DNA from: Lama guanicoe
Taxonomy: Eukaryota
DNA length: 64,000 nucleotides
NCBI GenBank assembly: GCA_013239625.1
Contig: MU053652.1
Span: 5,571,902 to 5,635,901, forward strand
Reading direction: 5' to 3'
Positions within the stretch are counted from its first letter, which is position 1, and each line of letters starts with the position of its first letter. Shown here piece by piece: positions 1 through 10,910 of the stretch. The notes under the pieces were generated by a model. It was not told the origin of the DNA. It made no database searches and was given only the letters and a program-made list of their open reading frames with translations. A program made the translations under genes and the position numbers.

Positions 1-439
1 GGGTGATCCCTCCTGAATTCCCACACTTTTCTTCCAGGTGCGAGGGAGTCATCTTCCCCTGCGCCCTCTTGGCACTCCCAAAGAAGAAACAATAAAAACC
101 CCAGAGGGCTGCTGTATTTGAAGCTATTCAAAACATGTTTGGGTACATTTTTGACTGTTCGTACTAGCATAACGCTGTCTCTATTTTCGCAGTTGGAAAA
201 AACATATGTGTTTTATTGCAACATAAAGAATAACTACAAAAAGTAATAAAACCACAGTCCCCTACAAATGTCATCATAAGTGGCTCTGCGTCCCTCTGTG
301 TCAATCCTTTAATCGGATCCCAGATCTCTGCTTAGACTGTCAGAGGAGTTATGTAATAAGATCATTAAACATATTTTCACAAATTCTGACCCTGAATAAG
401 ATGAAAGACTTATTAGGAAGGTTTAATTGAGAGGGAAGC

Positions 440-650
440 ATGGAAAAGCATGACTTAGAACTCTCGAGAAGCAGTCCCACATCTGCCACTTACTAGCTAG
501 GTGACCTTGGGGAACGTGCTTAGTGCCAGTTTTGCTCATCTTTATAATGGGAATGAAACCACGAACACTTCAAGTTTTTGCGTGGATCAGAAGGGATAGC
601 CATGAACCACTAAGGACAGTATCTATCTGGCACAAAATAGGTGTTTGATA
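440..650 (+). mobile_element. MIR SINE remnant
   Basis: MIR core: ctgccacttactagctaggtgaccttgggg...ctcatctttataatggga...tggcacaaaataggtg. Confidence 0.7.
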
Positions 651-943
651 AAAGATAAACTTCCTTCTCCTCTCCCTCATTTTATTTTTAAAAAGAGACT
701 AGTCACCCTACTGGCCTATCTTAGGGTGAGTATTTGCATTTGTGACTATCAGTGAGACAACAGGAAAGCACTTTGTAAACATACAGCACAGCATCAGCAC
801 AGGCAATAGGGCTGACAGACTGTGTGACCCGAGACAGGACAAAGCTGTGTATCTGTTGAGAAGTTGGTGAAGATTCCGAGTTAACTTTGACTCCCTTTGA
901 AAGTCACTCGTAATGGAGAGGGGAGTAGCTTTTGCACCCTGTA

Positions 944-1383
944 TCTACTGGGTCGGATAGTGTTCCTCCAAAATCATGTCTACCTGGAACCTCAGAATGT
1001 GACTTTATTTGGAAAAAGGGTCTTCAGAGATGTAATTAGTTAAGGTGAAGTCACACTAGATTAGGAAGGATGGGCTCTAATCCAATGACTTGCCTCCTTA
1101 TAAGAAGAGGAAACAGATACACAGTCACACAATGAGGGGAAGGCCATGTGAATATGGAGGCAGAGACTGGAGGGAGCCAGGGACTACCAAGAATCACTAG
1201 CGACTAGTAGAAGATGGAAGAAGCAAGGAGGATGCTTTCCTAGAACCTTCAGAGAGCACATGGCCCTGTTGACACCTTGATCTCAGACTTCCAGCCTCCA
1301 GAACTGTGAGAGAATAAGTTTCTGTTGTTTTAAGCCACTCAGTTTGTGGTACTTTGTTACAGCACCCTTAGGAACCCAATACA
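944..1383 (+). mobile_element. MaLR solo LTR (MLT1C-like)
   Basis: cctcagaatgtgactttatttggaaaaaggg...gacaccttgatctcagacttccagcctccagaactgtgagagaataag...aataca; 5-bp TSD CTGTA at 939-943 and 1384-1388. Confidence 0.9.
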
Positions 1384-3047
1384 CTGTACCACCCCCTTTT
1401 TACTGGTTAGACTTTTGCATAAAGTGTTGTAAAGGTGTTGCTTCAATTTGAAAACAAGGATTAGTAAGAGGTCTTAGAACTTTACTGAAATCTTGCTGCA
1501 AAGTGGAAATTAAATCTGACATTATCTACTTGTAAGAGCTCCCAAAGTATTGATTGTTTTTGGAAGTCTACCAAAGAAGTTGGGATGAACTCTGAGCTAG
1601 GACAAAGCTTTGAGCTCCCAACTAGTCACTCTTATTCATTTGCTAAAGAAGTGAACTTACATAGACCAGAAAAGGTGGGATGGGGGTGGGGAAGGGAGAG
1701 CCTAATGAAACCCAAGAAGGAGATTTTCATAAGGGAATCCTCATTTTTAAAATTAAAATCATGATCGTGGCCACGAAACTGATCTGAGTTCTGTTTCACC
1801 TCCCGAACAATTTTGGGCTATTGGGTAGGCTGCAGAAGGCAGAGACGTTTAGTCTATGACTGTGTTAGCACTTCCAGAGAGGGGTTTTCTTTTCTTCTTA
1901 ATACACTCCTCACCCCCCAAAACCAAATGTAGGGCCTCCCCTGGGCCTCTGGTGAGTGTTTGCTGAGTCCATGTGTAGTTGGATATAGAGAACGGCATTG
2001 GTACTTCCTGTGGGAATTGAACCACATATCCAGAACATCTCAGTTACTGCTCACTTTTAACTCGCTGTAGAAGACCAAAGAAACACATAGGGCTTGGTGA
2101 GGTTTAGATCTGTATGGTCTTTCCCTGTTTCCCCCACCTCAGCCTCACTGTGCCCGTGGTTAAGTCAGGACAAAATCTATTTCTTTTTCTTCTCTAAGGA
2201 ACATGTAAACACGATATTCCTTCCACATGTAGCTTCAGGCCTTCCTGGTTCTTTGACCTACCTCTACAAAAAAGCAAAGCTGAAGTTAAATATTCAAAAA
2301 ATCAATAGTATAATGAGCCAAATAGTATTTTGTCTGCAGACTTGTTTTTCCATCTAGAGGATCTTTTCTGCTTAAAATAGGCACCACCATCCTTATTGTG
2401 TTCCTCTGGCTCATTGAGGTTGGGTGTGGTGCAGGGAGCTGGGAGAACAGGGAAATGGTTGGTGCTTTTCTGAACTGAGGCACGATTTATGTTCTTTTTA
2501 AGAACAGGCAGCGTGGTTTGAAACAAAGCCACTGAAAGATGGAGGGATGGTTTCAGGACAGAGTGGAGAGAAATCCTTTCCTCATGTGCCTCAGTTCTCT
2601 CCTGATGTGGCACATTGTTTTCAAAACCAAGGCCTGGATCTGCCTGCGACGGTCCTCCTGGAGGGAAGAGTTATAGCCAGACCAGCGGAACCTGACTTTA
2701 TCACAGGCAGTCTCGGCAAAGACTGAAAAGGCTTTGCTTCTCACGTTGTGTGGAGAAACAGATCTGTGAAAGAAGATCTGGCTGACTGTTAGCAGTGGTT
2801 TCAAGATACTTTATCACTTTGGTGAACTTGCAAGAGGCCCGACTTTCTTCATCCATGCCACATATTGTCATTTTATTTGAAAGCAGTTTTAATTTCTACA
2901 AAAGCACTGAGCAGGTCATCCATGAGCAATCCTCTTTAAACAGCGTTATGTTGAAAATACATCAGAGAGTACAAAATGGAAAATAGCTTACTTCTTGAGC
3001 ACTGGACAACATAAGCCAGAGGTCAAATCCTAGAAACGGATAACAGC

Positions 3048-3048
<1 letters not shown>

Positions 3049-3090
<42 letters not shown>
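3049..3090 (+). repeat. Pure poly(A) tract, 42 nt
   Basis: Directly counted A run. Confidence 0.95.
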
Positions 3091-3092
<2 letters not shown>

Positions 3093-3109
3093 ACACTCAA
3101 TGAAAGAAA

Positions 3110-3340
3110 CAGTAACAGCAATAGCTCATATTTATTAGGGGCTTACTATGCACCTGTGCACTGGGTGCTTTACATGAATGAGCTCTTTTAGCTGCACAAG
3201 GACACGCACCACAATTGCTGTCCTTTTCATTTCATAGGAAATTGCTGCTCAAATTGGTTCAGTAGCTGGACTAAGGCCACAGGGTTTAAAATGGGTTTCA
3301 GATTCAGTGCTGTCTGACTGCCCATTATTTGTGCTCATTG
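3110..3340 (-). mobile_element. MIR remnant
   Basis: tttattaggggcttactatg...ctaaggccacag pattern of antisense MIR. Confidence 0.55.
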
Positions 3341-4199
3341 TGACATAAAGACCTGTTGACTTTTGTCCAGTTTGCACTCATCGCGTTGGAACTGAAATAG
3401 CATAAATACGGGTTAAACGAATGATCTACTTGGTAGTCAGGAATCATAAGGCCCAGGCAAATAAAAATATCTCTTTTAGTGATTCCATCTCTAGAAAGCA
3501 AAAATGTAGAGTAATACTATGATTTGGACTTTGGATTTCAAATGCCCTCTGCTAAAGCAATGGTACTGAGTCTACACGTGTTATTGCCTAGAGAAGGTGA
3601 ATTTATAGAGTATAGACCTACTGTCTGTGCCCCCAAATGACTTAATAGTAGAGCCACCTGAAATGAGAACAATGACAATAGATGTTGTCACCTTTGTCAC
3701 ATGGCCAGCTTTCTGTTCACCTCTCCCTGTGTTGAATGCTTGGTTCCCACCAGTAGACGGCCAACATCAAAGGCATTTCTGGCATGTTTTATTGTTTCCC
3801 CTCCTATTGTTTGTCCCTTTCTCTGAGGGATATTTTCCTGTTCTGTTTTCCCTCTTTTCTTTTTCTGACAGGTATGTTGCCTTTCTCATTGAGGGAGATG
3901 AAAGAACCTGTTTTGTTTAGTGACAGCCGAAAAAAAAAAAAAAACCCTAACAAAGCAAGACAAAATACACCCATAAATCAATGAATCTTGAGTTGTGAAG
4001 CATGCTAGGAAAAAAATATTGTTTCTTTGGTCACAGGTCTCTCTCTCACTTATACATAGAGATGGTTAATTAAGGATTCCTCTGAGATAAAAAAGCTTGA
4101 AAATAAAAACTAAAGTTTTAGGTCCTTCCAATTTCTTTGACAATTGTTTCTCTGCACAGGTTGTTGCTATTTTGTGAAAATATCTTTTTAAGAAGTAGC

Positions 4200-4440
4200 T
4201 TACAAGTAAACATAAATAAATTAAGTAATTTTGCATTTGAGCATTTAAGAATTGAATTAGAAGTCCTTTTGGAAGTGGGCTAGAAATCCTGGGAATTTGT
4301 CCTAAGGAAGTAATCCTATTGAAGTAAAACCAACCAACTATCCAAATAACCATGCTCAAATCCATATGCATAGAGATGTTATTGTGATTTAAATAACAAT
4401 ATAGAAACAACCTAAATGATCAATAATAGCACAGGAATTC
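4200..4440 (+). mobile_element. Old L1 (L1ME-like) fragment
   Basis: cctgggaatttgtcctaaggaa...agagatgtt...gaaacaacctaaatgatcaataatag resembles the L1 ORF2 end/3'UTR. Confidence 0.55.
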
Positions 4441-4479
4441 ATAATTACAATACTAATATTTATTATAAAGCTAAAACGT

Positions 4480-4710
4480 ACAGAGTATCATACATCAAGA
4501 ACTCTTTTAATTACTTTACACATGACTCATTTAATCTAAACAAACACCTTATAAAATGGGTACTAGTATCACCATCCCTATGTTGCAGATGAGGAAACTG
4601 GGACACAGAGAAATTAAGTGACTTGTCCAAGGTCAAACGGCTACAAAATGATAGAGTTAGGATTCAACTCAGCCTTGCTTGAGGATGTGCCCTTAAGCAC
4701 TCACTTTACT
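4480..4710 (-). mobile_element. MIR
   Basis: cagatgaggaaactgggacacagagaaattaagtgacttgtccaaggtca...ggattcaactc. Confidence 0.8.
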
Positions 4711-5079
4711 GCCTTCAAATTATAGTACGCTAACAGACAGGTTATTGGGTAACACTAAAGATGATAATTATGAATAAAGTATAAGCAAGTGGACCATATA
4801 TAAAACACAATATTAATAGCCAAAGGATATTAGCCAACAAACCTGGCTGTTATGTACATACGTATGCTCTTTATATATAATATTTTGTTACAGGGATTGA
4901 AAAGTATTATGTAATAACTGAATGATGGTTTCAAGTGGTCAAAATCCCCCCTTCCCAATTAACTGTCATATTGATTCATAAACAAATAGATTAAAGCAAA
5001 TTATATTAATGCACTGATTATTCATATTTTATTTATTTTGCTGCTGATACTGTAGATGATGCCACTGCATATATTCTAC

Positions 5080-5235
5080 TAAGCTACATGGACATACTGT
5101 ACAGCACAGAGAATATAGCCAATATTTTACAATAACTATAAATGGACTATAATCTTTAAAAATTGTGAATCATTCTGTTATACATCTGAAATTTATATAA
5201 TATTGTAAATCAACTGTACCCAAATTTAAAAAAAT
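5080..5235 (+). mobile_element. 5'-truncated L1 3' end
   Basis: tactgtacagcacagagaatatagccaatatttt...tgtaaatcaactgtacc followed by an A tail. Confidence 0.75.
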
Positions 5236-5309
5236 TATGATAACGTAGAGAGAGACTTAGTAAATGGGGGTGTCTTTTGATTGAAGTTTTAAATTTCATT
5301 CATTTGCCA

Positions 5310-5720
5310 TCCACTCATTTATTTATCCAAAATTTATTACATGTTATTATTATTATTATTATTATTTTTTTTGCACAAGTCCCTGTTTAGGTGCTGGGGA
5401 AGATAAAGCTGTATAAAAAACCCAAGTATCTGCCTTCAAGGAAAAGAGCAGTCACTTTTTTGAGGGAGGAGGGTATAGGCAAGTACGCAGATAACCTTAA
5501 AACAGTAGCATGAATACCAGGAGGAGAGCAGTTTAGAGTGTGGCAGGAGCACAGAGAGGGGAAAGTCACCTTTTCTGGTTGGGCTCATAGAAGGGGCCCT
5601 AGAGGAGGCGGCCTGAGTGAAGTCTGGAAGGAGGAGTAGGCAGGGCATTCTGGGTAGGCAGGAGAAGGAGGTGAAGTTGCGAATGCCCAGGGGAGAGAAC
5701 TCGCTATCCTAGAGAAGTGA
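5310..5720 (-). mobile_element. L2 remnant, with (TTA)n at ~5343-5365
   Basis: cattcatt/atttatt start, ggtgctggggaagata, ctgccttcaagg, ctggaaggaggagtagg. Confidence 0.6.
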
Positions 5721-6381
5721 ATTCAGTCAGTCCCAAGTGAATAATTAGGATTGCTGAATCCCAAACAACTTGTCTCTACAGAGCAGAATTCTGTAATTTT
5801 ACGCATTGTGAGGTTAACTAGTTTTGTCCAATATGAGCATGGGAATCTTGACTAATAATGAAAGATTTCCCCCAATTCAGACACTTATCTATAACCATAT
5901 CTAGACTCTGAAATCTCTGAAGATGCCAAAATCATTTGTTTTGTGTCACTGATCTTAAGTCCATGAAGAAGACTGCATACAAAATCACGATTTACACACA
6001 TACTTTATTTTTTCTATCATCCATCAATTATCTATCTACCTATCTATATCTATGTCTAAACATTAACAGAAGACAAACCAGCTCTAAGGAATTTATAGTA
6101 GGTTTTGATAGCAGTTTCCGATTCCTTCTCATTAACATATTGGTGATGAGACTTGACCAATGTATTTAAGAGAATATTTGTGTTACAACCTATGTTTTCC
6201 TTCTGATTTGATGTCTCCTTACCTCTGGGTCATTATTCCTAAGTGTTTTTTTACCTACTCAAAATTAAGTCTTTCCTAAGTTTTTATTTCTGATTTTTAT
6301 TAAAAGGTTTGTTTTTTGATGTTTATTTTGTACTCATAAGCAACAGACAATGGAACTGTTAATAAGTTTGGCTGAACATTC

Positions 6382-6867
6382 TGCACCAGGCAGAATAATG
6401 TCCTCCCCGACCCCAGCGATGTCCATGTGCTAATCCCTGGGGCCCGTGAGTATGTTATGTTACATTGTGAAAGGGACTTTGCAGGTGTAATTAATTTAAA
6501 GACCTTGAGGTGAGAAGATTATCTGGTGGGCCCAGTGTAATCACATGAGTCCTTAAAAGCAGAGAAATGTTCCTGGTCGTGGTCAGAGAGAGATTGAGAA
6601 TGGGTTAAGAGATGCAATGTTGCTTGCTAGCTGTAAAGATGGAGGAAGTGGGAACAAGAGCCAAGAATCTGGGCTTCTAGAAGCTGGAGAAAGCAAAGAA
6701 GTAGAGTCTCCTCCAGCTCCGGAGAGGAACACAGCCTTGCCAACACCTTGACTTGTTCCTATCAGTTTTGGACCTCCGACCTCCAGAACTGTAAGATCAT
6801 AAATGTGTGTTGTTTTAAGCTATTAAGTTTGTGGTGATCAGTTACAGAAGCATAGAAAACTAGTACA
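6382..6867 (+). mobile_element. MaLR solo LTR (MLT1D-like)
   Basis: cagaataatg...gatgtccatgtgctaatccctgg...agggactttgcaggtgtaatta...ctccagaactgtaagat...aactagtaca. Confidence 0.9.
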
Positions 6868-8274
6868 TTTACTGACAAAGAATAATACTATGAGGATATT
6901 TCTGAAATCCTGTCTTCTCAAGAGGACTCCATTGATTATCTCTAGTAGATCAAATTGCATTATTTACAATTCATGTTACCAATGAAACAAATAAATCAAT
7001 GCCCCTGCTCTAGTTCCTTACATACTAATTTAAAAGTTGCCACTTTGTCTCTTAAGTCATCTGTAAAAACAAAACCTGAACTGTACATTATTAAGGGACT
7101 ATTTCTCAGTATCACTATTTCCCGATTCTTAATAGAGAAATTACACGCTACCAGTTTAGATGAGACAAAATACCATTTTAAACAACAGTTTGCCTTCTTT
7201 TTTACCCATTAGAAAATCTAAACAAGACTGTTTTTCTTTTTAAAATTTGGTTAATTGACTTTGCTTTTTTCCCTTAAAAGATTATATTGATTTGAAAGCT
7301 ATTTTCTTCCACACTTATCTCAATGCATTGACAATTTCAGTTTTTTGAATGATTGCCACAAACTTAAAATCATCTACCTCTGAAGGGCTCATCTCTTTTC
7401 TGGTCAGCCTCTTGGTTACCACATGGTCTTTAGTGTTGACTTTAGGACTCCCCCATCTCAGAACTCCAGATGCCTCCTCTGATGGCTTTGGCCCAGGGCA
7501 GTCGTGATTAATGCAGATGCTGGCATGAGATATATGGTAGACTTAAGGACCATAGAGTTGGCCTCACTCCTGAGACTTTTCATTATCATGGAGTCTGATC
7601 TACCACAGGTCAGAGTGTATCTTTCCTCAAAAATAACCACATATGATAGGATTCCTTTGAATATTGTTCTGCTACAAAGCAGGTGTTGACTTTGAATCCT
7701 CGTATTAGCATCATAAAGTGTTTTTGTTGATTTTCTTTGCCAGAGACCATTATTTTGCCTGAAGCTTGTCTTAATTATTTCAGAATTTTTGTCACTACAG
7801 TATGCCGAGAATAATGGGGTTTTTTGGATTTGACATGTAAAATTAACAGAATGTGAACTATAAAATTAATCTTCTTGTGGAGAATTGTGTCATTATCATC
7901 ATCATAATAATTGCCCATTATTAAGAAGAAAAAAATGTAACCCTCTCATCTATTCTTTGCTTAATTAATTAATTAAGAGCTCTGTTCAGGAAGAACTCAA
8001 ACATCAAAAACATTGTGAAGGTTTAAAATAAGTAGCAAATACGGTTTTTATCCTGTAGAAAGCGTAGTTCTTTGAGGTGAGAAAAATCCCATTGAAACAG
8101 AAGATAAAATGAATGAACATATGAACAAAGTCACTGCTTTGAAATTTTACTATTGTGAAATTTAAAAACAAGTGGGCAATATTCCAGGACAGTAAGGCTA
8201 AATGGGCAGAGTTAGCAAGGCAAGCCTTTTTACAGGAGGAAAGCTTTGAATTATATCTTAAAGAAAGTGATGTA

Positions 8275-9875
8275 TTTTAAAATCAGAAAGTGCACTACAT
8301 TTCTTGATTTTGAAATACATTACAAACTACAGTAATTAAAACAGTATGGTACTGGCATAAGGACAGACGTATAGACAAGGTCAACAGAAAAGAGAGCCCA
8401 GAAATAGATTCAGGCATATAGAAGCAACTAACCTTTGACAAGGTTGCCAAAGATATACAATGGGGTAAAAATTGTCTCTGCAATAAATGGTGTTGAGAGG
8501 ACTGGATAACCACAGGCCAAAGGATGAAATTGGACCCCTATCTTACACCATACACAAACATCAGCTCAAACTGGAGTAAAGACTTAAAGTAAGACCTGAA
8601 AGTGTAAAACTCCTAGAAGAAATCATAGGGGGAAGACTTTATGACATTGACGTTGGTAATGATTTTATGGATATGACACCAAAAGCACAGGCAACACAAG
8701 CAAAAATAAACATGTGGGGCTACATCAAACTAAAACAGCTTCACAGCAAAGGAAACAAACAACAGAATGAAAAGACAACCTATGGTTTGGGTGAAATATT
8801 TGCAAACCATTGACCTGATAAGAGGTTAATCTCCAAAATATATAAGGAACTCCTACAACTCAAAAAAACCAAATAACCTGATTTAAAAAATGGGCAAAGG
8901 ATGTGAATAGACATTTTTCCAAAGAAAACATATGAATGGCCAACAGTACGTGAATAATTGTTTCACATGACGAATCATCAAAGAAATTGAAATCAAAGCC
9001 ATGATATCTCTCACACCAGTTAGGATGGCTATTATCAAAGCAACAAAAGATAACATGTGTCACGAGGATATGGAGAGATTAGAATGCTTGTACATCATTG
9101 GTGAGGATGTGAAATGGTGCAGTCACTATGGAAACAGTATGGAGGTTCTTCAAAAAGTTAAATATAGAATTACCGTATGATCCAGTAGTGCTACTGCTGG
9201 GTATACATCCAAAGAATTAAAAACAGGATCTGGAAGAGATAGCTACACTCCCATGTGGATTACACATTGTTCACAGTAGCCAAGATTTGGAAACAATTCA
9301 AATGTCCATCAGCAGAGAAATGGATACAGAAAAAGTGCTGTATGCATACAATGGAATATTATTCAGCCTTTAAAAAGGAGCAAATTCTCCCATTGTGACA
9401 ACATGGATAGACCTGGAAAACATTATGCTAAGTGAAGTAAGTGTCACAAAAGGACAAATATGCCATGATTCCACTTGTATGAGGTATTTAAAATTGTCAA
9501 ACTCATAGAAGCAGAGAACAGATGGTGTATTCTAGGTGATGGGGAAAGGTGAAATGAGAAGTTTTTTAGTTGGTATAAAATAACAGTTATACAAGGTGGA
9601 TAAATTATAGAGATCCACTGTACAACGTAGTGCCTATTGTTAACAGTAAGGTGTTGTGCACTTAAAAACTGAAGAACTCAAGCTAAGTGTTCTTAATACA
9701 TGCACACACACTCAAGGGGACACGAATCTTTTGGAGATAACGGATGTGTTTATTACCTTGTTTGTGATGATCTTATCACAAGTGTATGTGTGTATTCAAA
9801 CTCATCAAAATGTTTTCATTAAATGTGTGAAATATTCTGTGTATTAAGTATACCTCAGTAAAGCTGAAAAAAAGA
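8275..9875 (+). mobile_element. 5'-truncated L1 (L1MB-like): decayed ORF2 C-terminus plus 3'UTR
   Basis: tacagtaattaaaacagtatggtactggcataa (VIKTVWYW), ggacccctatcttacacc, tatgctaagtgaagtaag, tacctcagtaaagctg plus A tail; approximate TSD AAAGTGAT near 8264 and 9876. Confidence 0.93.
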
Positions 9876-10699
9876 AAAGTGATAAGGATGAATGAATAGG
9901 GTGGAGGTGGAAGCACTCGTGAGAGCAGAAAAGACATATAGACAAGAAGGACCAAGGCTGATGTGAGGGCTGTGTGCCAAAAACAAACCTAGGAGCTATC
10001 CACAATGAGATCTTGATTTGGTCCCAGTAACTGGAATGCCTAATAATACTAGGGAAGTCAAAAGCAAAGCTGTATTTTGACATTTTTATATTCCATTTAT
10101 CATTTCTATTGGAATCTGGGAGGGAAGGAAATTTCAACACCTGTGTATAAATCACCAAGTTCCCTGACAGTCCCTGGAATACGTGGTTGACTTGTGTTTA
10201 TTAATCCTTTTGACATAGTCTTTAGAATGACTTTCCTTATGTAAGTGTGATAAGGAGTAATTTATGCCGATTTCCCTGAAAGTCTTGCCAAAATCAGTCT
10301 CATTACTTGGTATTCACATTTTCTATATCCCATATAATCAGTCTATCAAGAAAGGTAGTTAAATGAGGGAGTTAGGATCACTTATTGTAGATTAACCATC
10401 AAGGACTTTGTTGAAATGGGGCCATTTCCAAGTGTTATTCATGCTTTTAATTAAAAAAAAAAGTATGTATTTGATTCTTGAGCAGGGATGCCCCAAAGTC
10501 AACAAGGGTGCCTCACCTTTTCATTATGGTGAAGAAGGAGCAGGTTAATCTCTATGGCGATGAGAGTTAGAGGTTGGATGGGGGCTGTCTTCAAAGTGTT
10601 CTACCGCTATTTCAGGAACTCTTAGAAGTGGAGTGAACATTTAGAAGATAACCTAATCCAGCTTCCTTTTAGTAACAGTACTGTTAGGAGTGACGAGAA

Positions 10700-10910
10700 C
10701 AGCTGAAGTTTACTGCCCCTCGTACAGCTGACTTAATTTCCACCGCAATCCCATGAGTGTTACTTTCATCTTACTGATGAAGAAACCAAAGCTCAGAGAA
10801 AATCATTGACTTGTTCAAGGTCGTACCTCAGGTCTGTGTCAGAGACGATGTTTGACCTAGGTTTGTTGAACTCCCATTCTAAAGCCCACATTCTTTACTA
10901 GTATCCTCTA
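10700..10910 (-). mobile_element. MIR
   Basis: gatgaagaaaccaaagctcagaga...gacttgttcaaggtc. Confidence 0.7.

Noticed and set aside
61..74. CTCF-like GCGCCCTCTTGGCA (also 31226-31240 and 54428-54441)
   Set aside because: Only partial matches, with mismatches or altered spacing in the core.
2500..3090. Processed pseudogene ending at the poly(A)
   Set aside because: No AATAAA near the tract, no convincing TSD and no recognisable protein homology.
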